NCBI GenBank assembly: GCA_964421635.1
Contig: CAYQWZ010000004.1
Coordinates: 15,652 to 79,651, forward strand
DNA: 64,000 nt
Origin: an uncultured Candidatus Saccharibacteria bacterium
GTDB lineage: Bacteria > Patescibacteriota > UBA1384 > CAILIB01 > JAUSJZ01
Direction of reading: 5' to 3'
Positions 1-10,141 of this stretch are shown in pieces; the first letter of the stretch is position 1; every line of letters begins with the position of its first letter. Below the pieces are notes generated by a model. That model worked only from the letters and a program-made list of their open reading frames with translations. It made no database searches and was not told where the DNA came from. Position numbers and translations under genes: made by a program.

Positions 1-596
1 TAGAGAATTTGCACCACTTCTCCTGCCCCTTCCACATTAGTCATAAAAACCTTTCTCTTTAAAAGAAGACCATCATTTGTTTTTTCATCTGAAGATTCTA
101 CTAATCCTCCTATAGATTCAGCGGGAATTTTTTCAATAGGACTAATGTATCCACTAGCATCTGCCGTCATAGTAAAGTTATAGGCGTTATCTGGCCCAAA
201 CTTCTGAGTACCAAAGTTCAACAGCTGTGCTCCGTCCTCATTACTAAATGAAAAGAACCATTTTTTTGGTACCTTTATTTTAAACCCAGCTGCCTGAACT
301 TCGGTACCTTCAAAATCAACTTTCTCTTCACTTGGCTGTTCTTCATCTGTCGGCTCTTCCTTCGGCTCTTCCTTTTTTTCAGCCTCTTTTACATCTCCCT
401 CCTCGGCTCTTTCATCTTTATTTTCTTGAGCTGGCGTTATCTCAGCAACTTTCTCTTCTTTCGGCATTACTTCACCCTCTTCATCTGTCGCCCTACCGAG
501 CGCTATTATGACCATAGCTGACACCACCACAATGAGTACTAAGTACCAAATGATTTTGAGCTGTTTTTTTCGTCGCCTAGGCATTAAAGTTAGCAT
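1..596 (-). CDS. Membrane-anchored protein with E/K-rich linker (3' end outside window)
   Basis: Minus-strand ORF read manually: ATG at 596 (or 584), MLTLMPRRRKKQLKIIWYLVLIVVVSAMVIIA (basic then hydrophobic anchor), followed by an E/K-rich segment; TATAAT 8 nt upstream. Confidence 0.6.
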   Translation of the reverse strand, partial: MLTLMPRRRKKQLKIIWYLVLIVVVSAMVIIALGRATDEEGEVMPKEEKVAEITPAQENKDERAEEGDVKEAEKKEEPKEEPTDEEQPSEEKVDFEGTEVQAAGFKIKVPKKWFFSFSNEDGAQLLNFGTQKFGPDNAYNFTMTADASGYISPIEKIPAESIGGLVESSDEKTNDGLLLKRKVFMTNVEGAGEVVQIL

Positions 597-654
597 CTAA
601 GCGCATTATAGAACAATTTTAGGACTATAACCAACTATTTGCTAAATTTAGATT

Positions 655-1035
655 ATGATCACTTTTGTTGAAAGCAAACCAGCGCGAGAAAATCACCTGC
701 AATTACTTAATCAATCTCACTCAAATTGGACTTTGGAGCGAAAAGAAGCCGCTCTGTTGGCATTTTTGAACAGTCAGTATGCAGCCTGCGCCTATGATGA
801 AGACAGGTTAATTGGTACTGTGCGAGTTTTGTCTGACAGGGTAGGATTCGGACTGATTGCCGATTTGTTGGTTCACCCAGATTACCGTCGACAGGGCATT
901 GCCAGCACATTATTAGATATGTGTGAAAAAAGGTTCTCCGGTTTTCATCTTTATGCAGAAGCCGGAAGCAAGGAAGCACAAAAGCTCTATAATAAGAGAA
1001 GCTACAAATCAATTGAAATATTTAAAAAAGAATAG
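655..1035 (+). CDS. GNAT family N-acetyltransferase
   Basis: Acetyl-CoA binding motif A, LLVHPDYRRQGIAS. Confidence 0.85.
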   Translation: MITFVESKPARENHLQLLNQSHSNWTLERKEAALLAFLNSQYAACAYDEDRLIGTVRVLSDRVGFGLIADLLVHPDYRRQGIASTLLDMCEKRFSGFHLYAEAGSKEAQKLYNKRSYKSIEIFKKE

Positions 1036-1089
1036 CCAAGCTATTAATCATTGAATTATCAGGTCTATTCTGGTAAAGTAGCCAAGTAA

Positions 1090-1163
1090 TCGGGGATCGT
1101 CTAATGGTAGGACACCAGGTTTTGGTCCTGGGAATCGGGGTTCGAGCCCCTGTCCCCGAACCA
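1090..1163 (+). tRNA. tRNA-Gln(TTG)
   Basis: Cloverleaf TCGGGGA/TCCCCGA; anticodon arm CCAGG-TT TTG GT-CCTGG; TTCGA T-loop; CCA end. Confidence 0.95.
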
Positions 1164-1204
1164 AAGAAAAAAGCGAATACTTAATGTAGTCGCTTTTTTC
1201 TTTT
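1164..1204. terminator. Bidirectional intrinsic terminator between tRNA-Gln and rnpB
   Basis: aagaaaaaagcga...tcgcttttttctt inverted repeat with A/T tails. Confidence 0.7.
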
Positions 1205-1235
1205 GTCTTATAGGTAGTATTTCATTATATAAAAA

Positions 1236-1594
1236 AGCCTAGCATGCTAATTGATAAGCCGAGTTCTGTTTATGATGCCATCTATCTAGGCGTCAGGATC
1301 CAGCTAAACCGAAAGTCACCGTTATTTAGCCGTCCCAACCTGACTTGCTTCGCGTTAGGTTTACCACTTTTGTACGTCACCGTACAGAAGGATTTGTTTT
1401 TACCAAATCTTTTCACCCTTACCTTGGAGATCATTGCAGCCTCTCGGCTGTTTTGAACATAAGGCGGTTTATTTTCTGCGGCACTTGCTCGCACCTTGCG
1501 ATGGGTTGCATTTCGCAACAACGCTGACTTGGAAGCTCGGACTTTCCTCTGCAAAATAAATAAGCAGTAGCATCTTCAATTAGCCTGCTAGGCT
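1236..1594 (-). ncRNA. rnpB: RNase P RNA
   Basis: Minus strand carries GAGGAAAGTCCGAGC near the 5' end and AACAGAACTCGGCTTA near the 3' end (universal P4 motifs); termini agcctagcaggctaattg / caattagcatgctaggct form P1. Confidence 0.95.
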
Positions 1595-1644
1595 GTGCTG
1601 AATATACCCTATTTTAGGGGTTTTGTCAACCAAAAAGTGCAACT

Positions 1645-4494
1645 TTACAATACTCTTTTCAGATAGTTTCCAGTATAGCTTTTGGCAACCGATGCCACCT
1701 GTTCAGGTGTGCCTTCAGCTACTACTTTTCCACCTTTGTCGCCCCCTTCAGGGCCTAAATCAATTACCCAGTCGGCGCTCTTAATAACATCAATATTATG
1801 CTCAATAATTAAAATAGTATTTCCTTTATCTACCAAGCGCTGCAGTACTCCCAGTAATTTGTTAATATCTTCAAAATGTAATCCGGTGGTGGGTTCGTCC
1901 AAAATGTAAATAGTACGGCCGGTTGAACGGCGTGAAAGTTCTGTAGCTAATTTAATTCTTTGCGCTTCTCCACCAGATAAGGTAGTGGCAGGTTGGCCTA
2001 AATGCATATATCCTAAACCAACATCTGACAACACCTTTAGTTTGCGCTTTATTGCCGGCACATTACCAAAGAAGATTAAAGCCTCGTCAACAGTCATATT
2101 TAATACTTCTGAAATATTCTTGCCTTTATACAAAATTTGCAGAGCTTCGTCGTTGTAGCGTTTACCCTTACAGACTTCACACTTAATATAAATATCGGGC
2201 AAGAAATTCATCTCAATTTTCTTAACGCCATCTCCGGCGCAAGATTCACAACGACCACCTTTAACATTAAATGAGAAACGACCAGACGAGTAGCCGCGCG
2301 ACTTAGCCTCTTTTGTTTTAGCAAACAGTTCGCGAACATAAGTAAAGACACCCGTATATGTAGCCGGATTAGAACGAGGAGTTCGTCCAATTGGCGACTG
2401 ATCAATATTAATAACCTTGTCTAGCTGGTCTAAACCGCAAATTTCTTTATGTTTACCAGCTATTGCCCGCGCCCGATGATAGTGAGCGCTCAATGCTTTG
2501 GCCAAAATATCATAAACTAATGTAGATTTACCTGAGCCCGAGACTCCCGAAACACAGACAAATAACCCAAGCGGAATTTTAACATCAATCTTTTTTAAAT
2601 TATTCTCTTCAGCTTTTATAATTTTCAACATCCTTCTTGAAGGATTACGCCGTACGGAAGGAACTTTAATTTCTTTTTCGTTTCTTAAGTATTTAGCAGT
2701 TAATCCATCTCCTTTCATAACTTCGGCGGGAGTTCCTTGAGCTACAATTTCTCCACCAAGCTTGCCAGCCCCAGGGCCAATGTCAATTAAGTGGTCAGCA
2801 GCTTTCATAGTGTCTTCATCGTGTTCAACCACAATTACTGTGTTTCCCAAATCTCTTAAATCTTTCAGGGTCTCAAGTAGTTTGTCGTTATCGCGTTGGT
2901 GCAAACCAATAGAAGGCTCATCTAATATATAAAGTACACCAGTCAAACCTGACCCAATTTGAGTTGCTAGACGGATTCGTTGCGCTTCCCCACCAGCTAA
3001 TGTATTAGCACTTCTATCGAGCGTTAAATAATCTAGCCCAACATTACGAAGAAACTCTAATCTTGTTTGAATCTCTTTCAATATTTGAGTAGCAATTTGT
3101 AACTGCACTTCGCTGATATTTTTTGGCAACTCCTTAAAAAATTTGGCTGCCTGTTCAATATTTAAATTGTTGATATCTACAATACTTTTTTCAGCAATCT
3201 TAACACATAAAATTTCATCTTTAAGTCTTCCACCCTCACAGACTGGGCAGATTTGAGATACCATGTACTTTTCAATTTCTGTTCGAATATATTCTGAGTC
3301 TGTCTCCTTATAACGACGGTGTAAATTAGGTATGACACCTTCATAAGTTGTAGTATATCCATCTATATCTATCTCATCATCTCCCATACCATAAAGAACA
3401 ACCTCTTTTTGCTTCTTTGTTAAATCTTTAAATGGAATATCTAAACTGAATCCTTTTTTAGCACTAACTGCATTTAAAATTCTCATCATCCAAGTCTCTG
3501 AATTGGTTGAACGACTCCAAGGTCTAATGGCTCCTTCGGCGATAGTCAATTTTTCGTTAGGTACAATGCGGTCTGGCTCTAACTGTTGCAAGGTTCCCAA
3601 TCCCTGACATTTGTGACAGGCCCCATGCGGACTATTGAATGAAAACATTCTTGGCTCCAACTCAGCTAAAGCAAAGTCACAATCGGGACAAGCGAAATGC
3701 TCCGAATATAAAACTGTCTTCTCTTTCTCCATATCCATTACCTCAACATAACCCTCAGACATTTTGAGAGCTTTTTCTACAGAATCTAAAATTCTTACCC
3801 TTTCATCTTCTGATACATCGGACTCGTCACCTTCGGTGCCGTCAACTATTAGTCGATCTATTACCGTTTCAATAGTGTGTTTTTTCTGTTTGTCCAGTTC
3901 TTGCTGCATAGCTTCCTCAATATCCATCAATTGTCCGTCAACTTTTACTCGGGCAAATCCTGATTTCAAAATTCTATTTAAAACAGCTTTGTGCTCCCCT
4001 TTTCGGTCTCTTATCATTGGCGAGAGAATCATAATACGGTTAACTTTGCCTTTCGCCTTGTGGATAATTTTATCCACAATTTGAGTCGCAGACTGTTTCT
4101 CAACCTTGCCATGACCGTTTGGACAAATAATTTCTCCGACGCGCGCCCAAAGTAATCTCATATAGTCATACACTTCGGTCACTGTACCCACTGTAGATCG
4201 TGGGTTTCTTGAGGAATTTTTCTGATCAATTGAGATAGCCGGTGACAATCCTTCTATATGATCAAGATCAGGTTTTTCCATTATTCCTAAAAATTGCCTA
4301 GCATAAGCAGAAAGACTTTCTACATAGCGTCTTTGACCTTCAGCATACAAAGTATCAAAGGCCAATGACGACTTACCCGAACCTGATAGACCAGTAATTA
4401 CTACCAGCTGGTTTCGGGGTATTTCGATATCAATGTTTTTGAGATTGTGCTCACGAGCACCAGTAACTTTTATATATGATTGTTGTGTATCCAT
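1645..4494 (-). CDS. uvrA: Excinuclease ABC subunit A
   Basis: GAREHNLKN, two Walker A motifs GxSGSGKS, zinc fingers, LSGGEAQRI; start more likely at MDTQ (4494) than at 4515. Confidence 0.98.
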   Translation of the reverse strand: MDTQQSYIKVTGAREHNLKNIDIEIPRNQLVVITGLSGSGKSSLAFDTLYAEGQRRYVESLSAYARQFLGIMEKPDLDHIEGLSPAISIDQKNSSRNPRSTVGTVTEVYDYMRLLWARVGEIICPNGHGKVEKQSATQIVDKIIHKAKGKVNRIMILSPMIRDRKGEHKAVLNRILKSGFARVKVDGQLMDIEEAMQQELDKQKKHTIETVIDRLIVDGTEGDESDVSEDERVRILDSVEKALKMSEGYVEVMDMEKEKTVLYSEHFACPDCDFALAELEPRMFSFNSPHGACHKCQGLGTLQQLEPDRIVPNEKLTIAEGAIRPWSRSTNSETWMMRILNAVSAKKGFSLDIPFKDLTKKQKEVVLYGMGDDEIDIDGYTTTYEGVIPNLHRRYKETDSEYIRTEIEKYMVSQICPVCEGGRLKDEILCVKIAEKSIVDINNLNIEQAAKFFKELPKNISEVQLQIATQILKEIQTRLEFLRNVGLDYLTLDRSANTLAGGEAQRIRLATQIGSGLTGVLYILDEPSIGLHQRDNDKLLETLKDLRDLGNTVIVVEHDEDTMKAADHLIDIGPGAGKLGGEIVAQGTPAEVMKGDGLTAKYLRNEKEIKVPSVRRNPSRRMLKIIKAEENNLKKIDVKIPLGLFVCVSGVSGSGKSTLVYDILAKALSAHYHRARAIAGKHKEICGLDQLDKVINIDQSPIGRTPRSNPATYTGVFTYVRELFAKTKEAKSRGYSSGRFSFNVKGGRCESCAGDGVKKIEMNFLPDIYIKCEVCKGKRYNDEALQILYKGKNISEVLNMTVDEALIFFGNVPAIKRKLKVLSDVGLGYMHLGQPATTLSGGEAQRIKLATELSRRSTGRTIYILDEPTTGLHFEDINKLLGVLQRLVDKGNTILIIEHNIDVIKSADWVIDLGPEGGDKGGKVVAEGTPEQVASVAKSYTGNYLKRVL

Positions 4495-4603
4495 AAACAA
4501 GTGCAACTCTATCACAAATCAATAATCTGTGCAACAAGTCAAAGCTAAATAGTATGTGCTAAACTAGTTATTAGAGTATCTATAATTAGTAATTTTTGAT
4601 CTT

Positions 4604-5059
4604 ATGGAGAACACTGAAGAATTTGACACAGTGGTCGGAGGAGATGTTGTTCTAGCTGGCAGCATTAAAAACTCCGGTTCAATATTAATTAATGGAACTG
4701 TTGAAGGAGATGTAATCTCTCAACAATCTGTTGTCATTGGGGCAGATGCAAAAGTAGTCGGGCCAGTCGAAGCCCAAACAGTACAAGTGTCAGGTACCGT
4801 CGAAGGCTCAATAAAGGCTTCTGACACATTAGAGATGATGCCTGATAGCAAAGTTAAAGGAGATATTCAAGCTGGTACTTTGCATATTCAACCAGGCGCT
4901 TCATTCATTGGCACATCATCTATGCCCGATGAAGTAGGTTCGACAAAATTGGAGAAAGTAGATGAGAGTGATAAAGAAAATGAAGCGGAAAAGGATGAAG
5001 ATAAGGGAGAAGAAAAGAAAACCAAAACTAAACCTAAGCTTGAATTAGAGAGTGAATAG
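4604..5059 (+). CDS. Bactofilin (polymer-forming cytoskeletal protein)
   Basis: Beta-helix repeats (INGTVEGDV, VSGTVEGSI, LHIQPGASFIG). Confidence 0.88.
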   Translation: MENTEEFDTVVGGDVVLAGSIKNSGSILINGTVEGDVISQQSVVIGADAKVVGPVEAQTVQVSGTVEGSIKASDTLEMMPDSKVKGDIQAGTLHIQPGASFIGTSSMPDEVGSTKLEKVDESDKENEAEKDEDKGEEKKTKTKPKLELESE

Positions 5060-5064
5060 CATTT

Positions 5065-5805
5065 GTGTATTATTTTATTTTCGATTACCCCACAACCAAA
5101 CGGTTGGCAGATTTAGCAAAAAATATTGAAGATGCTGTAGTAGATAGCGGAATCGCCGGAGAAATAATTGAGCTTAATCCTACCAAGAATTTAGATAATT
5201 TGTTAGCCGATGCTAGTCAGAAAGGATACCAAACTCTAGTCATAGTTGGAGGGGCAAAACTTGTAAACAAAACAGCCGCCAAGCTTTTGAGGTACGATAT
5301 GGTGCTTGGCGTAATTCCGCTTGGTGAAATTCCAACCCTCTTTGAAAAAATCAAATGTGAAAATTGGCAGGAGGCAGTAGCCGCTCTCAAGCGTCGGCGC
5401 TGGGAGCACACGCCGCTTGGCCATATTAATAACACCAACATCTTTTTAACTAGAGCAAAACTTGATCTTGAATCAATTACTAAAATAAAAATTGCAGTGA
5501 AAGGATTCGAACTAGAAACAGAGGTAGAGAGCGCTATAGTAACTACTACTGCCAACAAAAGAGGTGAGAATTTAGTAACAGTAACAAGTTTCGGCCCTAA
5601 AGAGAAGAAAGGGTTTTTAAAAAATATCTTTGGCTCTAAGACAGCTGAAGATAATAAGTACTCCAAGTTTAGCTATCCTTCTATAACAATAGACTCAGAA
5701 GAACCAATCTCTATAGATGTTGACCACCTAACTATTGGTCGCACCCCAGCCACTTTTAGTGTCATTCCTAAGGCTCTAAGATTAATTGTGGGCAAAAAGG
5801 GCTAA
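5065..5805 (+). CDS. Diacylglycerol-kinase-like (DAGK/YegS fold) protein, degenerate
   Basis: LVIVGG (GGDG motif degenerate), LGVIPLG, C-terminal TPATFSVIPKALRLIV. Confidence 0.65.
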   Translation: MYYFIFDYPTTKRLADLAKNIEDAVVDSGIAGEIIELNPTKNLDNLLADASQKGYQTLVIVGGAKLVNKTAAKLLRYDMVLGVIPLGEIPTLFEKIKCENWQEAVAALKRRRWEHTPLGHINNTNIFLTRAKLDLESITKIKIAVKGFELETEVESAIVTTTANKRGENLVTVTSFGPKEKKGFLKNIFGSKTAEDNKYSKFSYPSITIDSEEPISIDVDHLTIGRTPATFSVIPKALRLIVGKKG

Positions 5806-5849
5806 GGTGTTGTCAATAATAAATATATCTGGTAGAGTATTTGAAGTAG

Positions 5850-6407
5850 TTGAGTAAAAAAAGATTTAACAACAATTCGAAAAATAATTGGCTTCCAGTT
5901 AACGAGCATATTTATGCTAATGAGCTAATGGTTATTGACGAAAGTTCGGGAAAAACTGAACTAATGTCAAAATCAAAAGCCCTAGCAGTTGCAGCCGAGC
6001 AGGAGTTAGATTTAGTGCTTGTCTCACCAAAAGCAAGACCTCCGGTTGCTAAAATTTTAGACTACGGTAAATACAAATATGAACAGAGCCGTAAAGATAA
6101 GCAACAGAAGAAACAGTCAAAAGCCGGGGAGACAAAAGAGATTCGTCTGAGTGTCAGAATGGGAGAACATGATCGTGAACAGCGAATTAAAAAAGCTTCA
6201 AAATTTCTTAAACAAGGCTACGGTATATCTTTATCACTGCGCTTCCAAGGAAGAGAAAATATTTTTCGGGAAAAAGGTTTAGAGGTATTAGAAGATTTTG
6301 CCAAGCGGCTTAATATGAATTTTACTGCTAGACCAAGATTCGCGGGTAACATAGTAAACGTTCAACTGAAAAAAAATGAAAGCGAAAACACACAAGAGCA
6401 AAGCTAA
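5850..6407 (+). CDS. infC: Translation initiation factor IF-3
   Basis: LDLVLVSPKARPPVAKILDYGKYKYEQ; infC-rpmI-rplT order; TTG start. Confidence 0.95.
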   Translation: MSKKRFNNNSKNNWLPVNEHIYANELMVIDESSGKTELMSKSKALAVAAEQELDLVLVSPKARPPVAKILDYGKYKYEQSRKDKQQKKQSKAGETKEIRLSVRMGEHDREQRIKKASKFLKQGYGISLSLRFQGRENIFREKGLEVLEDFAKRLNMNFTARPRFAGNIVNVQLKKNESENTQEQS

Positions 6408-6558
6408 ACGAATTGCTAGAACAAAATCTGGTCTCGTTTCGCGTGCTAGAGTTAATCATCAGCATATTCGTTCAAGAAAAAGTAAGCGACAACTTAGAGC
6501 TGCTAAAACTCGTACAACCTCAATTCATAAAACCGACAAGAAATTAATGCTCAGCTAA
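6376..6558 (+). CDS. rpmI: 50S ribosomal protein L35
   Basis: KTHKSKAKR; basic 60-aa protein; synteny. Confidence 0.85.
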   Translation: MKAKTHKSKAKRIARTKSGLVSRARVNHQHIRSRKSKRQLRAAKTRTTSIHKTDKKLMLS

Positions 6559-6562
6559 CACT

Positions 6563-6910
6563 ATGTCTAAAGTAAAAAACAGCACAACTAAAAGAAAAAA
6601 ACATCGCGCTCTTTTGGCTCAAACAAAAGGCTTCAGACTAAAGCGCAAGAGTGTTTTTAAAAGAGCCAAAGAGGCCATCTTGAAAGCTGGTCCTTACGCT
6701 TACAAACATCGAAAGATGAAGAAGCGCATTAACCGCCGACTTTGGAATATTAAAATCAACGCCGCTGCCAGACTAAACGGCACCACTTATAGTAAGTTAA
6801 TTAAAAATTTAAAAGACCACAAGATTGAATTAAATCGCAAAGTACTTGCAGAAATTGCCGAGAAAGATGACAAGGCGTTCAGCGCTATTGTGAAGGCTGC
6901 CGCCAAATAG
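6563..6910 (+). CDS. rplT: 50S ribosomal protein L20
   Basis: RRLWNIKINAAAR, YSKLI, LNRKVLAEIA. Confidence 0.97.
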   Translation: MSKVKNSTTKRKKHRALLAQTKGFRLKRKSVFKRAKEAILKAGPYAYKHRKMKKRINRRLWNIKINAAARLNGTTYSKLIKNLKDHKIELNRKVLAEIAEKDDKAFSAIVKAAAK

Positions 6911-7262
6911 AAACATAGGTTTGAACTAGCCACAATAGACCGACCCAAATGAAGACATCCGCCAAATTGGTGGATATTTTAATTTGCCCCAAAGTTATAT
7001 TTATATAATCTACTGCCCCACCGTAAATAAGTTTGTCTAAACAGTTCGAGAATAATCCTATAAAAGTTAATAATATAGGATTCAAAAAAAACTTTTTTTG
7101 CCTCAACAGAAATATTGCGGCAATTATGAAGATAACGCCAAACTGCCAACTAAATATAAAATGGCTATTCATATTTGATGAAAGAATAAATTTAAATAGC
7201 CTATCTGCAAAAAAACCTACTAATAAAAAATAGATTATAAACTTAGTCTGTTTCGGCTGCAC
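6885..7262 (-). CDS. lspA: Lipoprotein signal peptidase II (compact)
   Basis: SNCLDKLIYGGAVDYI and NLADVFIWVG resemble GNxxDR...VVDF...NxAD; in an operon with lgt. Confidence 0.8.
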   Translation of the reverse strand: MQPKQTKFIIYFLLVGFFADRLFKFILSSNMNSHFIFSWQFGVIFIIAAIFLLRQKKFFLNPILLTFIGLFSNCLDKLIYGGAVDYINITLGQIKISTNLADVFIWVGLLWLVQTYVSIWRQPSQ

Positions 7263-7584
7263 TTTGAGCTTCTGGCATTATTTCTAATCGACCTTGTTCA
7301 ATCGGCTCTTTTGTTTTAATATCAAGACCGTAAGTACCTTTCTCAATTCGCTTTAATGCTAACTTCACATTCCTAAGCAAATCGTCAACATTATGTTTGA
7401 TGTGCAAATTACCTTCAAACTCTGAAGCCTCTTGAGCAGTATCATCTGGAGAATTACCAATATCGGGAAACTCGGCCAGCTCTTCTTGCTTAAGTGTTAG
7501 CTCTTTTAATTTATCTTCTAAACGCTTTTTCTGTTTAGCGATAAATTTATCTGTAAGATGTATGTTTCTTCTTTCTTTTTCCAT
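7243..7584 (-). CDS. TraR/DksA family protein (no Cys zinc finger)
   Basis: ALKRIEKGTYG...PIEQGRLEIMPEA; start placed at MEKERR (7584). Confidence 0.8.
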   Translation of the reverse strand: MEKERRNIHLTDKFIAKQKKRLEDKLKELTLKQEELAEFPDIGNSPDDTAQEASEFEGNLHIKHNVDDLLRNVKLALKRIEKGTYGLDIKTKEPIEQGRLEIMPEAQSAAETD

Positions 7585-8230
7585 AACTAATAACAATAAT
7601 ACCACATATAGCAAATGATAAAGCAACCAGCTGACTTATATTCAGGGAAAGAAACATATCTGGTAGGCTGCGGTAAAAATCAATAACGAATCTAGCTAAT
7701 CCATAAAAAATTAATATAACCCATAGGAGCTGGCCTTGATAAGCTTTTCGTTGGTACATTTTCAACACAATAAAAAATATTACTAACAAAGCTAGGCTCT
7801 CCATTAACTGTATTGGTACCCTATTGTAGAAGGATAAAAACTGGTCATTGCCCACCCCATAAGCGTCACGGTTTAAATAGTTACCTACCCGCCCAATTGA
7901 CCAAGCCAATACCGCCGTCAAAGAAAAAGTATCTAAAAGAGTTGGTAAATTCTCAGCTCGCCGGCGCCGCCAATAAAATATTAATAGCCCAAATATTATT
8001 CCTCCAAAAGAAATTAATCCGGATTGCCAAAAAGAGATATAGTCTAAAATATTTTCCGCTCCATTAAATAAAACATAGGCGATTCGAGCGCCTATTAAGC
8101 CAACCAAAAAAGACCAGAAATAGTCAGCCACCAAAATAACCTTCGATTCTTTCCTGTTTAGAGACACATAAAGTATCAGCCCAACAATTGCCCCCAGCGT
8201 AAAGAAAAGACTATGGTAATTAACATACAT
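7547..8230 (-). CDS. lgt: Prolipoprotein diacylglyceryl transferase
   Basis: GARIAYV, GLISFGG, GRVGNYLN, PIQLME, YGLARFVIDFYR. Confidence 0.9.
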   Translation of the reverse strand: MYVNYHSLFFTLGAIVGLILYVSLNRKESKVILVADYFWSFLVGLIGARIAYVLFNGAENILDYISFWQSGLISFGGIIFGLLIFYWRRRRAENLPTLLDTFSLTAVLAWSIGRVGNYLNRDAYGVGNDQFLSFYNRVPIQLMESLALLVIFFIVLKMYQRKAYQGQLLWVILIFYGLARFVIDFYRSLPDMFLSLNISQLVALSFAICGIIVISYGKRKKKHTSYR

Positions 8231-8286
8231 TGACGCTATATTAGCACAGTACTGCCCGCCGCTATCATTTTTGTTAATGTAAAACC

Positions 8287-8880
8287 ATGGATCAAATAGA
8301 GTCGGAAAATATTTCTTTCAAAACATTTATTTGGGAGACTGCTAAAACAGTTTTTTATGTTGCTGTTCTGGCTGTCATTATTCGTACTTTTCTTATTCAA
8401 CCCTTCATAGTAGAAGGCCGCAGCATGGAACCAAACTTCTCTAATAACGACTATTTGCTAATTGACAAGCTCACCTATCGAGTAAGAGGGCCAAAGCGTG
8501 GTGAAATAATTGTTTTTAAATATCCAAAAAACCCTAGAGAAAATTACATTAAAAGAATTATAGGATTACCTAACGAAACAGTAGTCATTGAAGATAATTC
8601 GGTAACCGTTATAAATCAAGCTAATCCTGAAGGATTCAAGCTGAACGAAGATTATCTATCTGCTGACGAAATTACTGAGGCCTTAGGTCAACAGAATAAA
8701 CTGAGTCTTTCCCTACAAGATGGCGAGTACTTTGTTTTAGGTGATAACCGTAACGCCTCTCAAGATTCCAGAGTGTTTGGCAAAGTCGATAAAAGTTACT
8801 TTATTGGGCGCAGCTTAATTAGGCTGTTACCACTGTCACAGATTCGGGTTTACGCTGCTCCAGCCTCTCTTTCACAATAA
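8287..8880 (+). CDS. lepB: Signal peptidase I
   Basis: GRSMEPNF, YIKRIIGLP, YFVLGDNRNASQDSR. Confidence 0.97.
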   Translation: MDQIESENISFKTFIWETAKTVFYVAVLAVIIRTFLIQPFIVEGRSMEPNFSNNDYLLIDKLTYRVRGPKRGEIIVFKYPKNPRENYIKRIIGLPNETVVIEDNSVTVINQANPEGFKLNEDYLSADEITEALGQQNKLSLSLQDGEYFVLGDNRNASQDSRVFGKVDKSYFIGRSLIRLLPLSQIRVYAAPASLSQ

Positions 8881-10141
8881 GCTGAATTGGTGTGAGCTCA
8901 ATTTTTTCTTTCGTTCTTATCGTATTAATAATGTGTTTAAGGTGATGTCTAGCAATTCTTTTGTTAGTTTCTAAAACAAATTGCGGAGGATTAATATTGT
9001 CTTGAATGAGTGATTTAATGCCAATAAAAGATTGGTGCTCTCTTTGCAATTCAAATAAAAGATTTTTAGCAGTTTGGTCATCAATTCTCTTAGCTCGATT
9101 CTTTTTAACTTCTTTAATTTGTTGAATTAAGGGAGCAATATTCTTTTTCTCTTTAGCGGAAATAAAAACGACTGGAATGTAGGGTGCAAATGAGAACTTC
9201 TTTATTAACTTGTCTAACTGTTTATCTATGAAGCTGTCTTGATCTTCTTCAATTCGATCTAATTTATTCAAGACCAAGATTACTGATGCTCCATTAGTAA
9301 TAGCTGCGTTAGCTATTTTCAGATCTTGAACTGCTATGCCATCTACCAAATCGATAACCAACATAACGCAATCAACTTCGCCTAAGGTTTTCTCAATCCT
9401 TAAGGTTGAATATCTATTAACGCCTTTCATTGACTTGGCTCTGCGACCTAATCCGGCTGTATCAATTAGCTGTAGCTTGTTCTTTACACCAACATCAATT
9501 TTAACTAAATCTCTGGTGGTACCGGCAATGTCAGAAACAATTGAGATATCTGAATTGGAGATTGCATTAACCAAGGTTGATTTACCCGCATTTGGTCGTC
9601 CCAAAACTGCTACCGCGAATCTCTTTTCTTCAGCAAAAGGCTTGGCATAACCTTTCAGATATTCAATTAGATTAAATACTCCAATATTATGGATAGCCGA
9701 AACAAAGAACAGTTTATCTTTTTCAAATTTTATCTGTCGCAAAAGGTTCTCTTCAATAGCTGCATTATCTGCTTTATTGGCAACTATTAAAAAGGGTTTA
9801 TTGAGTTTTCTGACTTCTCTTAAAATCCTTTCGTCTTCAGCTGTAATTCCTTCTATTGCATCAATAATAAATAATATAAGAGTTATTCCTTGCATCACCT
9901 TCTTTTTTTGCAGTTGAGATAATTTTATAATTTCGTCTGTAGTCTTATTAACATCGCCAGCACTATCTACCAGCTCGACTGATTTTTTTCCAAAATGAAG
10001 TAATGATCTAACAAGATCTCTAGTGGTGTGAGCCTCGCCGTGTTCAATCGCTTCCCTTCTTCCGATAAGTCGGTTGAAAAGTGTTGATTTTCCCACATTT
10101 GGTCTGCCAACGAGTATTATAGAAGCAGGATGTTGGTTCAT
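8819..10141 (-). CDS. der: Ribosome biogenesis GTPase Der
   Basis: Two GTPase domains (GRPNVGKST, GRPNAGKST), DTAG, NKxD. Confidence 0.95.
   Translation of the reverse strand: MNQHPASIILVGRPNVGKSTLFNRLIGRREAIEHGEAHTTRDLVRSLLHFGKKSVELVDSAGDVNKTTDEIIKLSQLQKKKVMQGITLILFIIDAIEGITAEDERILREVRKLNKPFLIVANKADNAAIEENLLRQIKFEKDKLFFVSAIHNIGVFNLIEYLKGYAKPFAEEKRFAVAVLGRPNAGKSTLVNAISNSDISIVSDIAGTTRDLVKIDVGVKNKLQLIDTAGLGRRAKSMKGVNRYSTLRIEKTLGEVDCVMLVIDLVDGIAVQDLKIANAAITNGASVILVLNKLDRIEEDQDSFIDKQLDKLIKKFSFAPYIPVVFISAKEKKNIAPLIQQIKEVKKNRAKRIDDQTAKNLLFELQREHQSFIGIKSLIQDNINPPQFVLETNKRIARHHLKHIINTIRTKEKIELTPIQLIVKERLEQRKPESVTVVTA

Noticed and set aside
1244-1554. Three short ORFs
   Set aside because: They overlap RNase P RNA.
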